A stretch of 64,000 nt of DNA, taken from NCBI GenBank assembly GCA_038153405.1, contig JAYOYH010000007.1, forward strand, positions 1 through 64,000, written 5' to 3'. This stretch comes from Gemmatimonadota bacterium. GTDB taxonomy: Bacteria; Latescibacterota; UBA2968; UBA8231. Below the pieces are notes generated by a model, which saw only the letters and a list, made by a program, of their open reading frames with translations, was not told the origin of the DNA and did no database searches. The position numbers and the translations under genes were made by a program. Below, piece after piece: positions 1-10,110 of the stretch; within the stretch, counting starts at the first letter, position 1, and each line of letters opens with the position of its first letter.

Positions 1-7
1 AACGAGG

Positions 8-1090
8 GTGAAAAAGCCGGTGAATACATACGCAGCGCAGGGACGTGGGAAGCGAGTTAATCTGCCGAATGCCGAGGTCGGGCCGGGTTGTCCCATATAC
101 GTTATAGCAGAAATAGGCGGTAATTTTAGCACCTTTGATGAGGGTAAAGCACTCGTTGATGCGGCGGTAGAGGCTGGTTCGAATGCCGTAAAAATTCAGA
201 CGTATAAGGCACATACTGTTTCGAGTCGCAAGGCGATGTTTTCTGCTGACGGCATGGCGTTTACTGGAGATGCCTCCCAGTTCGAGATGTTTGTCCAATA
301 TCAGATTGACGATGGGGTGCAGCAGGAGATCTATGCTTATGCCCGTGAACGCGGAATCGTGCTGTTTTCCACGCCCGGTCACCAGACCGATGTCGATTTG
401 CTTGAGACGTTGGGAAACAGCATTTATAAGATCGGTTCGGACGATGCGGTCAATTTGCCCCTGCTGCGCGATGTCGCTCAACTGAAAAAACCCATCCTGC
501 TTTCAACCGGTATGTGCACGATGCGCGAGGTCGGACTGGCGGTGGATGCCGTCCTCAGCCAGGGCAATGATCAACTGATATTGCTGCACTGCGTAACCAA
601 TTATCCAGCAGAGCCCATCAGTGTAAACCTGTTGTCTATGAACGCGTTACAGGCTGAATTCGGTTTGCCTACGGGTTATTCCGACCACGTATTGGGCAAT
701 GAAATATGTCTGGCGGCGGCGGCGCTGGGCGCCTGCGTATTGGAAAAGCACTTCACGCTAGACAAAGCGGCTGATGGCCCGGACCATGCGCTCTCGGCTA
801 CCCCTGAAGAATGGACGCAACTCGTCGAGGGGGTGAGGAAAATTGAATTGGCCTTGGGGGATGGGGTCAAACGGCCGGCGGCTTCCGAAAAGACCACACG
901 CGTTAATAATCGCAAGAGCTTAGTATGCGTGCGCTCTGTTGCTGCAGGACAGCCCATAGAAGCAACGGCCGTCGACATAAAGCGACCTGGCTATGGTATC
1001 CCTCCCTGGGATTACGAGAATGTTATTGGCAAAGTGGCGCGCTGTGATATAGCTGAAGACGAAGTGATAACGTGGGATATGATCGGTTGA
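8..1090 (+). CDS. neuB: N-acetylneuraminate/nonulosonic acid synthase family protein (NeuB/PseI/LegI/SpsE) with C-terminal SAF domain
   Basis: Motifs IAEIGGN, AVKIQT, YKIGS, ILLSTGM, LLHCVTNYP, GYSDH, LEKHFTLD..GPDH and C-terminal RKS..KRPG.GI. The frame is open to the window edge, so the start is uncertain. Confidence 0.92.
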   Translation: MKKPVNTYAAQGRGKRVNLPNAEVGPGCPIYVIAEIGGNFSTFDEGKALVDAAVEAGSNAVKIQTYKAHTVSSRKAMFSADGMAFTGDASQFEMFVQYQIDDGVQQEIYAYARERGIVLFSTPGHQTDVDLLETLGNSIYKIGSDDAVNLPLLRDVAQLKKPILLSTGMCTMREVGLAVDAVLSQGNDQLILLHCVTNYPAEPISVNLLSMNALQAEFGLPTGYSDHVLGNEICLAAAALGACVLEKHFTLDKAADGPDHALSATPEEWTQLVEGVRKIELALGDGVKRPAASEKTTRVNNRKSLVCVRSVAAGQPIEATAVDIKRPGYGIPPWDYENVIGKVARCDIAEDEVITWDMIG

Positions 1091-1788
1091 TCGGCATCGT
1101 TTTACAGGCGCGGATGGGGTCGACCCGTTTGCCGGGAAAAATGCTCATGGAACTATGTGGGCACAGTGTCCTGTGGCACAATATGGAGCGCTTGCGTCGT
1201 GTTAAACGGGCGGATGAGCTTGTGGTGGCGGTGCCCGATGGGAAGGCAGACGATCCGCTTGTTGCCCATTGCAAAGCGTCGGGCTGGGCGGTATTCCGCG
1301 GGAGTGAAGAGGATGTATTGGGGCGGTATTTCGCCTGTGCCGAAGCCTGGGGATTTCAGCACGTAGTGCGCGCTACGGGAGATTGCCCCCTAGTCGATCC
1401 GGAAGTCGTAGACGCGATGATCGAACTGCATATGCACGAAGGGGCTGATTATTCGAGCAGCAAGGATGAAGTGGGATGCCGCGTGCCCAATGGTACAGGG
1501 TTGGAGATGTTTTCATTCGAGGCGCTTCGGCGTGCGCACGAGGAGGGCAAGGCGCACAATCACCGCGAGCACATAAACGAGTACATCATGGAAAACCGGG
1601 CAGATTTTCGCATTGCTGCCTATTGTGAACCCTCCGAAAAGCGCTGTCCCGATCTCGATTTGACGGTGGATACGATAGAGGATTTTCTCTTTGTAAAAGG
1701 GATCATAGAGGCATTTGATGGAGATCACGATCGCCTGACGACGGAGGCACTTATTGCCCACTGGTCTACAGCGCGGGTGTCCTCGTGA
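1072..1788 (+). CDS. SpsF-like cytidylyltransferase (CTP_transf_3 family)
   Basis: QARMGSTRLPGK, FRGSEEDVLGRY, RATGDCP and REH motifs. An alternative TTG start at 1087 overlaps the neuB stop. Confidence 0.85.
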   Translation: MGYDRLIGIVLQARMGSTRLPGKMLMELCGHSVLWHNMERLRRVKRADELVVAVPDGKADDPLVAHCKASGWAVFRGSEEDVLGRYFACAEAWGFQHVVRATGDCPLVDPEVVDAMIELHMHEGADYSSSKDEVGCRVPNGTGLEMFSFEALRRAHEEGKAHNHREHINEYIMENRADFRIAAYCEPSEKRCPDLDLTVDTIEDFLFVKGIIEAFDGDHDRLTTEALIAHWSTARVSS

Positions 1789-2834
1789 GATGTGCGATTT
1801 ACACCTATGGTGGCCACGAACGCGGCATGGGACACATTTACCAGTCGCGTGCAATTGCCCAGGCTCTATCATGCAACGGCTCTGAGGTGCGCTTTATCGT
1901 TCCCGATGTGCCAGAGGGCGTCGCCAAACTGCGCCAATGGGGGATGGATGTCCGTGAAATCCCCCATAGTATTCCCGATGGGGAAAAGATTGCCCATATA
2001 GACGCGGTCTTGGGGGTATGGTCCCCTGATGTCGTGATCGTCGATATACTTGAAAGCTCCCCGGAACTGATGGCCTACATGGCGCGTATTTCCAGCGCGC
2101 TGATTAGCTTGGATGATATTGGGGAAGGGCGCATATACGCCGATGTATTGGTCAATGTCATACATCATCCCAAGCGGCCCGAAGGAGCGACCTACCAAGA
2201 GGTAAACGACCTAAACTACGTAGTGCTGCGCCCAGAGTTTGAGCTAGTCTGCCGTGCTGACAAACAGATACCAGAGCGAGGGACGAAACTACTCGTAAGT
2301 CAAGGTGGAAGCGATACTTTTGGCGGGGTTGTTGAGCTGGCTAAGGCACTGCAGGTACTGCCCGAATGCGTCGATATCCACCTTGTTCTAGGGTCAGCCT
2401 TTCGCCATGAAGAGACCCTTTCTGAAGTCATCCGACAGAGCAAGCGGCGCTTTGTATTAGAGCGGGATGTGCAGGATATGGCTGGCCTGATGCAGAAGAT
2501 GGATCTAGCTATAACGGGTGGAGGGAAAACCCTCTTTGAACTGGCCGCGGTCGGGGTGCCGATAGTCGCCGTGACAGAAGAGCCGCGCGAGGTGGAGACC
2601 ATGAATATTTTGGCACGCCATGTGCTCTGTGAGAATATGGGTTGGCGTCGCCAGATTGGGGCAGATCGAATCGCACAAATGGTCGATTCTCTCCTCCGAG
2701 ATCGAGAGCGCCGTCTCGCAATGAGTCAATCGGGTAAAAAGGCAGTTGATGGGTGCGGTGCGTGGCGCACGGCCGAATTGATTGCCCAAACCGTATCTGA
2801 AAAGAGAGTTGCTGTCCGTGAACGTACGCTTTGA
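1785..2834 (+). CDS. PseG/SpsG family UDP-sugar hydrolase / GT28-like GT-B protein
   Basis: GMGH motif, SQGGSD, DLAITGGGKTLFELAAVGVP, VDGCGAWR; GTGA overlap with the upstream gene. Confidence 0.8.
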   Translation: MRCAIYTYGGHERGMGHIYQSRAIAQALSCNGSEVRFIVPDVPEGVAKLRQWGMDVREIPHSIPDGEKIAHIDAVLGVWSPDVVIVDILESSPELMAYMARISSALISLDDIGEGRIYADVLVNVIHHPKRPEGATYQEVNDLNYVVLRPEFELVCRADKQIPERGTKLLVSQGGSDTFGGVVELAKALQVLPECVDIHLVLGSAFRHEETLSEVIRQSKRRFVLERDVQDMAGLMQKMDLAITGGGKTLFELAAVGVPIVAVTEEPREVETMNILARHVLCENMGWRRQIGADRIAQMVDSLLRDRERRLAMSQSGKKAVDGCGAWRTAELIAQTVSEKRVAVRERTL

Positions 2835-3471
2835 GCGCGCCCTCTTTGCCGGGGCGCATTTAGACGATGTTGAATTTGGTTGTGGGGCATCGGTTGCGGG
2901 GTGGGCTGAGTCGGGGTGCGATATCCGCTTTTTAACGCTTACCCAAAAGAACCGCAATGCGGCTGGCGAAGTGCAGCTAGTGCGCGATGTAGAAGAGCCG
3001 ATGCAGGCTGCGCGTGTGCTTGGCGTGCCTGACGAATGCGTATGGATAGAGGACTTGGACGGCCAAATTTTGCAGTATCAAGCACAAGCCGTGCGTGAAG
3101 TGTTGTTGCGAGTGCGCCGCGAGTTTGACCCAGAAATAGTCTTTGTTCCAGCCGCAGATGACATCCACCAGGACCATCGAGTCGTTTACGAAGAGGCGAT
3201 GCGGATCTTTCGCGAGCGAACCGTCGTGGGATTTGAGATAGTCCGTAGTTCCTTGGCCTTCCGGCCCAACCTTTTTGTGGAAGTCAATGCGGTAAATCTC
3301 CACAAGAAGGCGGAAGCCATACTGTGTTATAAAAGTCAGTTAGAACAAAGTGCGGGCTATTACTTTAACGCGGATATCATTGAGGGACAGGCTCGCTTTC
3401 GAGGTGGCCAATGTGGCAAAAAACTGGCCGAAGCATTTGAGGTTTACACCATGCAGTGGGATGGGCCATGA
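2818..3471 (+). CDS. PIG-L/LmbE family N-deacetylase
   Basis: AHLDD and HQDH metal motifs, KK..AI.CYKSQ, AEAF. Start set at GTG 2818. Confidence 0.85.
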   Translation: MNVRFERALFAGAHLDDVEFGCGASVAGWAESGCDIRFLTLTQKNRNAAGEVQLVRDVEEPMQAARVLGVPDECVWIEDLDGQILQYQAQAVREVLLRVRREFDPEIVFVPAADDIHQDHRVVYEEAMRIFRERTVVGFEIVRSSLAFRPNLFVEVNAVNLHKKAEAILCYKSQLEQSAGYYFNADIIEGQARFRGGQCGKKLAEAFEVYTMQWDGP

Positions 3472-4400
3472 CTTCCACTATTAGTTGCTTAGTTACAGGT
3501 GGGGCGGGATTTATCGGTTCCCATATCGTCGATGCCTTGGTGGCCGCAGGGCACCATGTTACCGTGGTAGATAATTTAAGCACCGGTGACCGCGCTCAGG
3601 TCAATTCGGGAGCTCGCTTTATTGAATGCGACATTTGCTCACCCGAACTTGCCCATGTATTTGCTGAGGGGGCTTTTGAGGTCGTCTATCACTTAGCGGC
3701 TCAAACCGACGTTATGACTTCTGTTGCGGACCCGGCAGATGACGCTCAAATCAATATTGTAGGTGGTATCGCGCTGTTAGAACTCTGTCGTAGGTACGGT
3801 GTGCGCAAAGTTATTTACTCCTCGTCGAGTGCCGTATTTGGCGAGCCCGACTACCTTCCGATGAACGAGGCCCATCCGATACGACCTCTGTGTCCGTATG
3901 CTGCTTCAAAGCACACATTTGAACACTATTTGTATTTGTACCATGCCATTCACGATCTCGATTATACGGTGCTCCGCTATGCCAACGCGTACGGACCGCG
4001 CCAAGACCCGCACCACGAAGGCGGCGTTGTAGCCATATTCGCCTATAAACTGCTGTCGGGCGAAGTGCCCATAATCTACGGGGATGGTCAGCAAACGCGC
4101 GATTTTGTGCACGTGAATGATTTAGTTCGAGCCAACCTCAGTTGTCTCAGGGCGGGTGATAATGCCTGCTATAACTTAGGGACGGGAATCGAAGTTACTG
4201 TCAATGAACTCACGGATCTGCTTTGCGAACTCACGGGAGCAGATAAAAACATAGAATACGCGGACGAACGAAGGGGCGAAATGCGGCGGCTGAGCCTGGA
4301 CAGCACCCAAGCGCGAGAGGTGTTGCAGTGGGTGCCTATGACGGGTTTACGTGATGGCGTTCAAAGTGTGGTCGATTTCTTTAAAGAGAGAAGTCTTTAA
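3468..4400 (+). CDS. NAD-dependent epimerase/dehydratase (UDP-glucose 4-epimerase-like)
   Basis: TGGAGFIGS, HLAAQ, YAASK, LRYANAYGPRQ, GDGQQTRDF; ATGA coupling at 3468. Confidence 0.9.
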   Translation: MTSTISCLVTGGAGFIGSHIVDALVAAGHHVTVVDNLSTGDRAQVNSGARFIECDICSPELAHVFAEGAFEVVYHLAAQTDVMTSVADPADDAQINIVGGIALLELCRRYGVRKVIYSSSSAVFGEPDYLPMNEAHPIRPLCPYAASKHTFEHYLYLYHAIHDLDYTVLRYANAYGPRQDPHHEGGVVAIFAYKLLSGEVPIIYGDGQQTRDFVHVNDLVRANLSCLRAGDNACYNLGTGIEVTVNELTDLLCELTGADKNIEYADERRGEMRRLSLDSTQAREVLQWVPMTGLRDGVQSVVDFFKERSL

Positions 4401-4401
4401 T

Positions 4402-5487
4402 ATGCCTAAAATAGAGTTCAAAAATTCAATCATTCAATACAAAAAAGCCGTTAAAAAATTACCAACCAATGATGCTGTACGTGCTATTTGTGCGCAAGAA
4501 GTCATTAGGGCATATCAATTCTTAGAAATAGTCTTCTGGGAATTAGAATGTGACCCAATGCCACTTTTGACTTCTGAAATTCAACGTCTAACATCTAGTT
4601 TTGAAGGCATTAGCTCGCATTATAATGAAAAATTCTATAGCCAGCGCGTCATGCATAGAGATAATAGTAAAAGTAGAATTGCCAATAGTCGTGCAAAATT
4701 AGATGTAAAGGAAGTAACGGGTCGCCTTTATAGCAGCCTATTCACTAAATTTGATGCTGCAAGCTATTTTAATGAGGCGACCGATTTGCTCAAGGAGCGA
4801 ATTGAAAGAAACGATGTTGGTTTTGAATGGTTTAAGGGAAAGAAAGGGTTAGATGCAGGCTGTGGTGGAGGAAGGTATACTGTTGCACTTTCCCAATTAG
4901 GGGCAAAAAAAATGACGGGGATAGACTATGGAAAAGACAATATAGCAGATGCAAAAAGTAGAATAAAAAAAGCTAAAGTAGATGGGGTAAATTTTCGGCG
5001 ATGTGATGTCTTAGAAATACCTTATAAAAATTCAACTTTTGATTTTGCATTTTCTAATGGCGTCCTCCACCATACGACAGATCCTCAAAAAGGTTTAGAA
5101 GAACTCTACCGCGTTATTAAGCCAAAAGGAACGCTTTGGATCTTTCTCTATGGGAAAAGCCTTTGGTGGGAAATGATGGAATTATTGCGTCTGGTAAGTT
5201 TGAAAGTACCGCGCGAGCTTACCCAAAATTTGATGCAGCTAATGGGATATGCACCCAACCGTATTTTTAAATTCCTAGATAGTTTGCATGTGCCGATTAT
5301 CGAATCATATTCGGCTATAGAAATGAAGTCAATGCTAAGAAAAGCTGGCTTTACTGATTTAGTTCAACTTAATCGAGGTGTTAGAACGCAGTTTTTTCGC
5401 GGTGTGAATGAAATATTAAAGGACGGTGGCCCTTATGCAAAAACTCGTTGGGGTGCTGGCGAACTGCGTTTCATTGCAAAAAAATAA
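4402..5487 (+). CDS. Class I SAM-dependent methyltransferase (low GC)
   Basis: LDAGCGGGRY, FDFAFSNGVLHH, RVIKPKG; ATG 1 nt after the upstream stop. Confidence 0.85.
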   Translation: MPKIEFKNSIIQYKKAVKKLPTNDAVRAICAQEVIRAYQFLEIVFWELECDPMPLLTSEIQRLTSSFEGISSHYNEKFYSQRVMHRDNSKSRIANSRAKLDVKEVTGRLYSSLFTKFDAASYFNEATDLLKERIERNDVGFEWFKGKKGLDAGCGGGRYTVALSQLGAKKMTGIDYGKDNIADAKSRIKKAKVDGVNFRRCDVLEIPYKNSTFDFAFSNGVLHHTTDPQKGLEELYRVIKPKGTLWIFLYGKSLWWEMMELLRLVSLKVPRELTQNLMQLMGYAPNRIFKFLDSLHVPIIESYSAIEMKSMLRKAGFTDLVQLNRGVRTQFFRGVNEILKDGGPYAKTRWGAGELRFIAKK

Positions 5488-5548
5488 AGACTCAATATAC
5501 CTTGCTATAAGGTAAAAAGCCGTGCAAGATAATTTTGAAGGAGTAGAA

Positions 5549-6922
5549 ATGGAATCGTATAAGCAATTGATATTGGAAGAAGGATACCGGGTGGGTGTTT
5601 GGGGATTGGGATATATCGGCCTCTCTACGGCGGCTTATATGGCACAGCGCGGGGTGCGCTGCGTGGGATGCGATGTCAACGCCGAACGCGTTGACTACGT
5701 CCAACGCGGTGAGCACTTCATGCCAGGTATGGACTATTGGTTGGGTTTCGACCTAAAGCCGATGGTTAACGATGGGCATATTCAGGCGACCTCCAACTGG
5801 CGCGACCTGATTCACCCCGATGTCTTGGTGCACTTTATCGGTGTACCAACTGAACGTGATAACGAACCTTATTACGAGTATTTAGAAGACGTAATAACGA
5901 AAATTGCCCATGTCAGCGTGTTGGATACCGATTATCCTCCTCTGATCATTATCGAATCGACGCTGACGCCTAATACTACCGATAAGATTGTTATTCCGAT
6001 GTTGGAAAAGGCGGGTTTGGTCGTCGGTGAAGATGTGTTACTGGGCGTTGCCCCGCGTCGCGACTGGTTTTTGGAATCCGACAAGAATCTTACTCACTTG
6101 GATCGAGTGTATGGAGGAGCGGATGAAGACACGGCTGACGTCATGCAGGGCGTTCTTGGCATTGTTTGCAACAAATTACACCGCGCCCAGAACCACCGTC
6201 ACGCCGAAATAGTGAAGAGCGTAGAGAATGCTTATCGCCATATGGAAATCACGCTAGCCAATCAATTGGCGCTCGCTTATCCGTCGCTTGATATGATTGA
6301 AGTCCTCGAACTTGTGGGCACGAAGTGGAACATCGGCACCTTTCGCCCAGGCATTGGCACCGGCGGGTATTGCATACCGTTGTCGAGTAAATATGTGTTA
6401 GCCGGTGCCGAGCAACCTGACGAGCTATCTTTGCTAAAAGAGACGATTCGCACGGACGACAATATGCCGCACGCCGTAGCCAATCTCTTTGCGCAAAGTG
6501 GGTGCCGTTCCGTTGGGGTGTTGGGCATTTCTTATAAAGGCGATATAAAAGTGCCTCGAGTAAGTCGCTCCGCGCAAATTGCTACACTCCTGAAAAAACA
6601 GGGAATCGAGGTAGGCATACACGACCCCTATTTTACCGCGGGTGAAATAGAGGGTATGTGGGGATTGGAATCGTTTGCTTTTCCCGCTGACCTGGATCGT
6701 TTTGACGGCCTACTTGTAGCAGCAGACCATCGTGAGTATTCGTCCCTGCACTGGGATCAGATCTTTAAGTCATTAACTAATTGTAAGCTAATAGTGGATA
6801 ACCTCGGAGTGTGGAAGGACGTAGAATTCGCACGCCATGCCATCCGCTATACTCAGCCCGGCGAAGCGAGTTGGCTACAAATACCCAAAAGTATTGTTGA
6901 AGTTTCCCAAGAAATAAATTAG
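5549..6922 (+). CDS. Nucleotide-sugar dehydrogenase (UDP-ManNAc/GlcNAc/GDP-mannose dehydrogenase family, WecC/WbpA-like)
   Basis: GLGYIG, IIESTL, AEIVKSVENAYR, GGYCIP (catalytic Cys), LGISYK; AAGGAG RBS before ATG 5549. Confidence 0.88.
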   Translation: MESYKQLILEEGYRVGVWGLGYIGLSTAAYMAQRGVRCVGCDVNAERVDYVQRGEHFMPGMDYWLGFDLKPMVNDGHIQATSNWRDLIHPDVLVHFIGVPTERDNEPYYEYLEDVITKIAHVSVLDTDYPPLIIIESTLTPNTTDKIVIPMLEKAGLVVGEDVLLGVAPRRDWFLESDKNLTHLDRVYGGADEDTADVMQGVLGIVCNKLHRAQNHRHAEIVKSVENAYRHMEITLANQLALAYPSLDMIEVLELVGTKWNIGTFRPGIGTGGYCIPLSSKYVLAGAEQPDELSLLKETIRTDDNMPHAVANLFAQSGCRSVGVLGISYKGDIKVPRVSRSAQIATLLKKQGIEVGIHDPYFTAGEIEGMWGLESFAFPADLDRFDGLLVAADHREYSSLHWDQIFKSLTNCKLIVDNLGVWKDVEFARHAIRYTQPGEASWLQIPKSIVEVSQEIN

Positions 6923-6960
6923 GGTGAATGCAACTTTTCTTAGGAGAATATGAGGGAAGT

Positions 6961-7812
6961 ATGCTATACCTCAAAATCAAGTCGATAGGCATAGCGATTT
7001 ATATTTTATTGATAGAAATATGGACAATAGCTACAAGGGCTCTATACAAAAAAAAACAGGTACTTAGTTCAGAAGATTTGGCCGCTGCAAAAAAGCTACG
7101 CGATGACGGATATGTAGTAATACCGGGATATTATGATTCTTCAAAAGTAGAAAGTCTATCTGAAGTCATTGATAAATATATGAAAGACGGACAAGGCGAT
7201 TTTGATCATATAAATAGAGTCTCCTATTATAGATGCCCGAGAGCGTTGGCACGTTGGGACGGCGGAGTCTTCCGTCTATTCGGTGCTGAGGCAATCCACC
7301 ATTTGATAAACTCGTATCGTAATGATAAAAGACTAAAGTCTATTGTCGAAGAAGCCTTCTCTGTCCCCATGTCATGCGATATAACCATGGTTCAAGAAAA
7401 CTTGCCAATAGGAGCCGAAACAAGAGGTTTTCACATAGATATGTATGCTCCGTTAGAATGTAAAGCCTTTCTATTTTTGACAGACGTTAAAAAGAATGAG
7501 GATGGGCCATATTCGCTAGTTCGGAGCTCTCATAGAAAGTTCTGGTGGAGGTTAGGTAATTTTATCTCCCGCAGTTTAAGGGGGACTGAACCGGTAACGT
7601 CAGTCGACAACCTTAGTGCTGTGTTTGAAAAAGATGTAGTAAAACTACTACTTGATAAAGGTACTGTCGTTATTTCATGCCAGCAGGCAATACATCGGGG
7701 ATGGAAACATACGACCGGACGCCGAATCGCTATAGTAAACTACTACTATGCGCACTTGTATGGGCAAAATTTCAATAAAAATATTGAAAAACGTTTAGGT
7801 TATAACTACTAA
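6961..7812 (+). CDS. PhyH-family Fe(II)/2-oxoglutarate dioxygenase-like protein (low GC)
   Basis: LRDDGYVVI, FHID (HxD), FLFLTDV..DGP...SH, IHRG...R; GAGG RBS before 6961. Confidence 0.72.
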   Translation: MLYLKIKSIGIAIYILLIEIWTIATRALYKKKQVLSSEDLAAAKKLRDDGYVVIPGYYDSSKVESLSEVIDKYMKDGQGDFDHINRVSYYRCPRALARWDGGVFRLFGAEAIHHLINSYRNDKRLKSIVEEAFSVPMSCDITMVQENLPIGAETRGFHIDMYAPLECKAFLFLTDVKKNEDGPYSLVRSSHRKFWWRLGNFISRSLRGTEPVTSVDNLSAVFEKDVVKLLLDKGTVVISCQQAIHRGWKHTTGRRIAIVNYYYAHLYGQNFNKNIEKRLGYNY

Positions 7813-7815
7813 AAA

Positions 7816-8835
7816 ATGACAAAATACCTTCAAATTTACCGGAACGCAGTTTCCACTTTGGAGCGTGAGACACGGGCTAATATAGATCGTTTAGTTAGTG
7901 ATTTTGAAGCTTATTTTGATATTGATGGTAAAATGAATGAAAGGGTCGCCCTGTATCGTACGTGTAATGTTTGTACGGGTGATGAAAAGATTCCATTCTT
8001 AGGCCCAAATCCATACACATATGTTGAGTGCGCTACATGTGGTTTCCGGTATATGGATCCAATAATTGACCCACAAAAAACTACAATTCTCAGGGATGGT
8101 ATATCAAAATTACGTGAGACTGATATAAAAAACCCAAAGTTAGAAAAGCGTCATCAAAAGATGACGCAGCAGGTTCGAGAGATTATAGCCCATCACAAAG
8201 GAGGCAATTTTCTCGATATTGGTTGTGGATTAGGTCGCCATATGCAATTGGCTACTCCTTACTTTGACAGTCTCGAAGGAATCGAGCTTGACAAAATCTC
8301 GCGGAAATATTGTCAAGGAATTGGTTTGAAGGTTTATGGTGAGTCCTTAGAAAGGCTGAATTTACCTTCAAATAAGTATGATGTTATTCTATTAAATCAA
8401 GTTTTAGAACATTTAGTTGATCCTAAGAATTTATGTTTAGAAGTATTGCGGATTCTTCGGCCGGGAGGAATTTTTTATATAGATACACCGAACTTTGAAT
8501 CACTTTCGCTCCGTCTATTTAAGGAGAACTGTAGCGTAGTACAAGGAAGCAGCCATATTTCATTATTTACAGTAAAGACAGTTCGATCCTTGCTAGAACC
8601 CCTGGGGTTCGAAACCATATCTGCTCGGACTTATCAAACAGATCTTTTCCCTCTTGATATTTTTGCATTTAAATTTTTCAATAATAAATTTCACCATAGA
8701 AGAAACTTATTTATTCCACTTTATTTGGCTTTTTATAGAGTATTTCATGAGATATTTGAAGAAAAAGTATTTCGTAATCTGGGTACAAGTATGGGTTCCT
8801 ATATGCGTATTGTCGTTAAAAAAAAGCTTGAATAA
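7816..8835 (+). CDS. SAM-dependent methyltransferase with N-terminal Cys pairs (putative Zn site)
   Basis: CNVC...CATC, LDIGCGLG, VLEHLVDP, LRPGG...TPN. Confidence 0.85.
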   Translation: MTKYLQIYRNAVSTLERETRANIDRLVSDFEAYFDIDGKMNERVALYRTCNVCTGDEKIPFLGPNPYTYVECATCGFRYMDPIIDPQKTTILRDGISKLRETDIKNPKLEKRHQKMTQQVREIIAHHKGGNFLDIGCGLGRHMQLATPYFDSLEGIELDKISRKYCQGIGLKVYGESLERLNLPSNKYDVILLNQVLEHLVDPKNLCLEVLRILRPGGIFYIDTPNFESLSLRLFKENCSVVQGSSHISLFTVKTVRSLLEPLGFETISARTYQTDLFPLDIFAFKFFNNKFHHRRNLFIPLYLAFYRVFHEIFEEKVFRNLGTSMGSYMRIVVKKKLE

Positions 8836-8909
8836 ATGATATTGATGTCGTCGCTATAAAATATCTTATTTCTATTTAACCACGTTACTATGGCTTTTAG
8901 AATACTTTT

Positions 8910-10082
8910 ATGACTTCTACTTTTATCGAAAAAGTGAAAAATTCAAGGGTAGACTCACGGTTGAGAATTGAGGCAAGAAACCTCAGATTCGAAGATTGGG
9001 ATTCAATCTTAGTAAGTCATATAGAAAATGGATCCTGGTATCAGACTGCGCACTATAACGAGGATATGCGAACTAAACGCTTTGAGGAGTTGTTTTATTT
9101 ACGCCAATGGCAGGGAAATAGTCAATTAGCTGCTCAAGCAATTGTTAGGTTGACTCATCCATACGAATGGGGCTTTTACAGGCGAGGGTGGACTAAACTA
9201 ACCCCACGTGCGATGAAGCTGTTCCCAGTTTTACTTTGTAATCAAGCCCCCGGCATCATAGATGAAACTCATGGGGTTGAGATTTACCAGAATTTCGCAA
9301 ATTGGGTATCGAATGAAGGTAATAAAATTGGCTGTGTTTTTGCAAAGTTAACGCCTGCGTATTATCAAAATATTTATGTTGAAAAGCGTCATGAAATTAG
9401 AACAGCTTTGGAGCTTTTAGGGTATCGGTCTACTCCTAAAGCAACTCTTATAGTTGACCTTAAGCAGGACGAAGATACTCTTTTCTCAAATTTAAAAAAA
9501 GAAGCGCGAAACAAAGTTAGGAAAGCTCAAAAACAAGGAGTAGAAAATGTCGAAGTAGGGACAGATGATAGTGCAGTGTCACAACTATGTCATATAATGA
9601 GCGAAACATCTATGAGAAATGGTGTACCTGCGCTTACCAGTGGGGATTTAAAAGATTCTCAATGGTTTAAGTTTCAAAAGAGCGGATTTTTCCGTGCTTT
9701 TGTTTCTCTTCATAACGGAAACCTAGTTTCTTCCCAAATGGCGTTAATTTACAACGGAGCAATTACCTTAGGTGGAGTATCCTACACCGATTATAGTCGA
9801 AAGAATGGTATTTACGGTAACGACTTAATGCAGTGGCATATGATTAAATGGGGGCGAGAACAGGGTTTATCCACTCTTGACTTTGCTGGGATTGAGCCAT
9901 TATCGAATTCACCGAAACTGCGTGCTATATATGATTTCAAAACCAAATGGGGTGGGAGACAATTGGATTACGATGAGTTTAACTTGAACTTTGCGAATTT
10001 TAAAAGTTCTATGTATCGATTTTTCAATGGAACTATAGGATCTAAGTTAAATTTCCGGTTAACTAATTTGTTGAGAAAATAG
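8910..10082 (+). CDS. FemAB/GNAT-fold peptidoglycan-bridge-like aminoacyl/acyltransferase
   Basis: TLIVDL...LFSNL...RNKVRKAQKQGV, MQWHMIKWG...LDFAG, FKTKWGG. Confidence 0.78.
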   Translation: MTSTFIEKVKNSRVDSRLRIEARNLRFEDWDSILVSHIENGSWYQTAHYNEDMRTKRFEELFYLRQWQGNSQLAAQAIVRLTHPYEWGFYRRGWTKLTPRAMKLFPVLLCNQAPGIIDETHGVEIYQNFANWVSNEGNKIGCVFAKLTPAYYQNIYVEKRHEIRTALELLGYRSTPKATLIVDLKQDEDTLFSNLKKEARNKVRKAQKQGVENVEVGTDDSAVSQLCHIMSETSMRNGVPALTSGDLKDSQWFKFQKSGFFRAFVSLHNGNLVSSQMALIYNGAITLGGVSYTDYSRKNGIYGNDLMQWHMIKWGREQGLSTLDFAGIEPLSNSPKLRAIYDFKTKWGGRQLDYDEFNLNFANFKSSMYRFFNGTIGSKLNFRLTNLLRK

Positions 10083-10110
10083 ATAAATCATTTTCTGATT
10101 CGAGATTCAA

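Noticed and set aside
7048..7056. A9 homopolymer as a phase-variation switch
   Set aside because: It is an in-frame KKK in an AT-rich gene, where A-runs are common.
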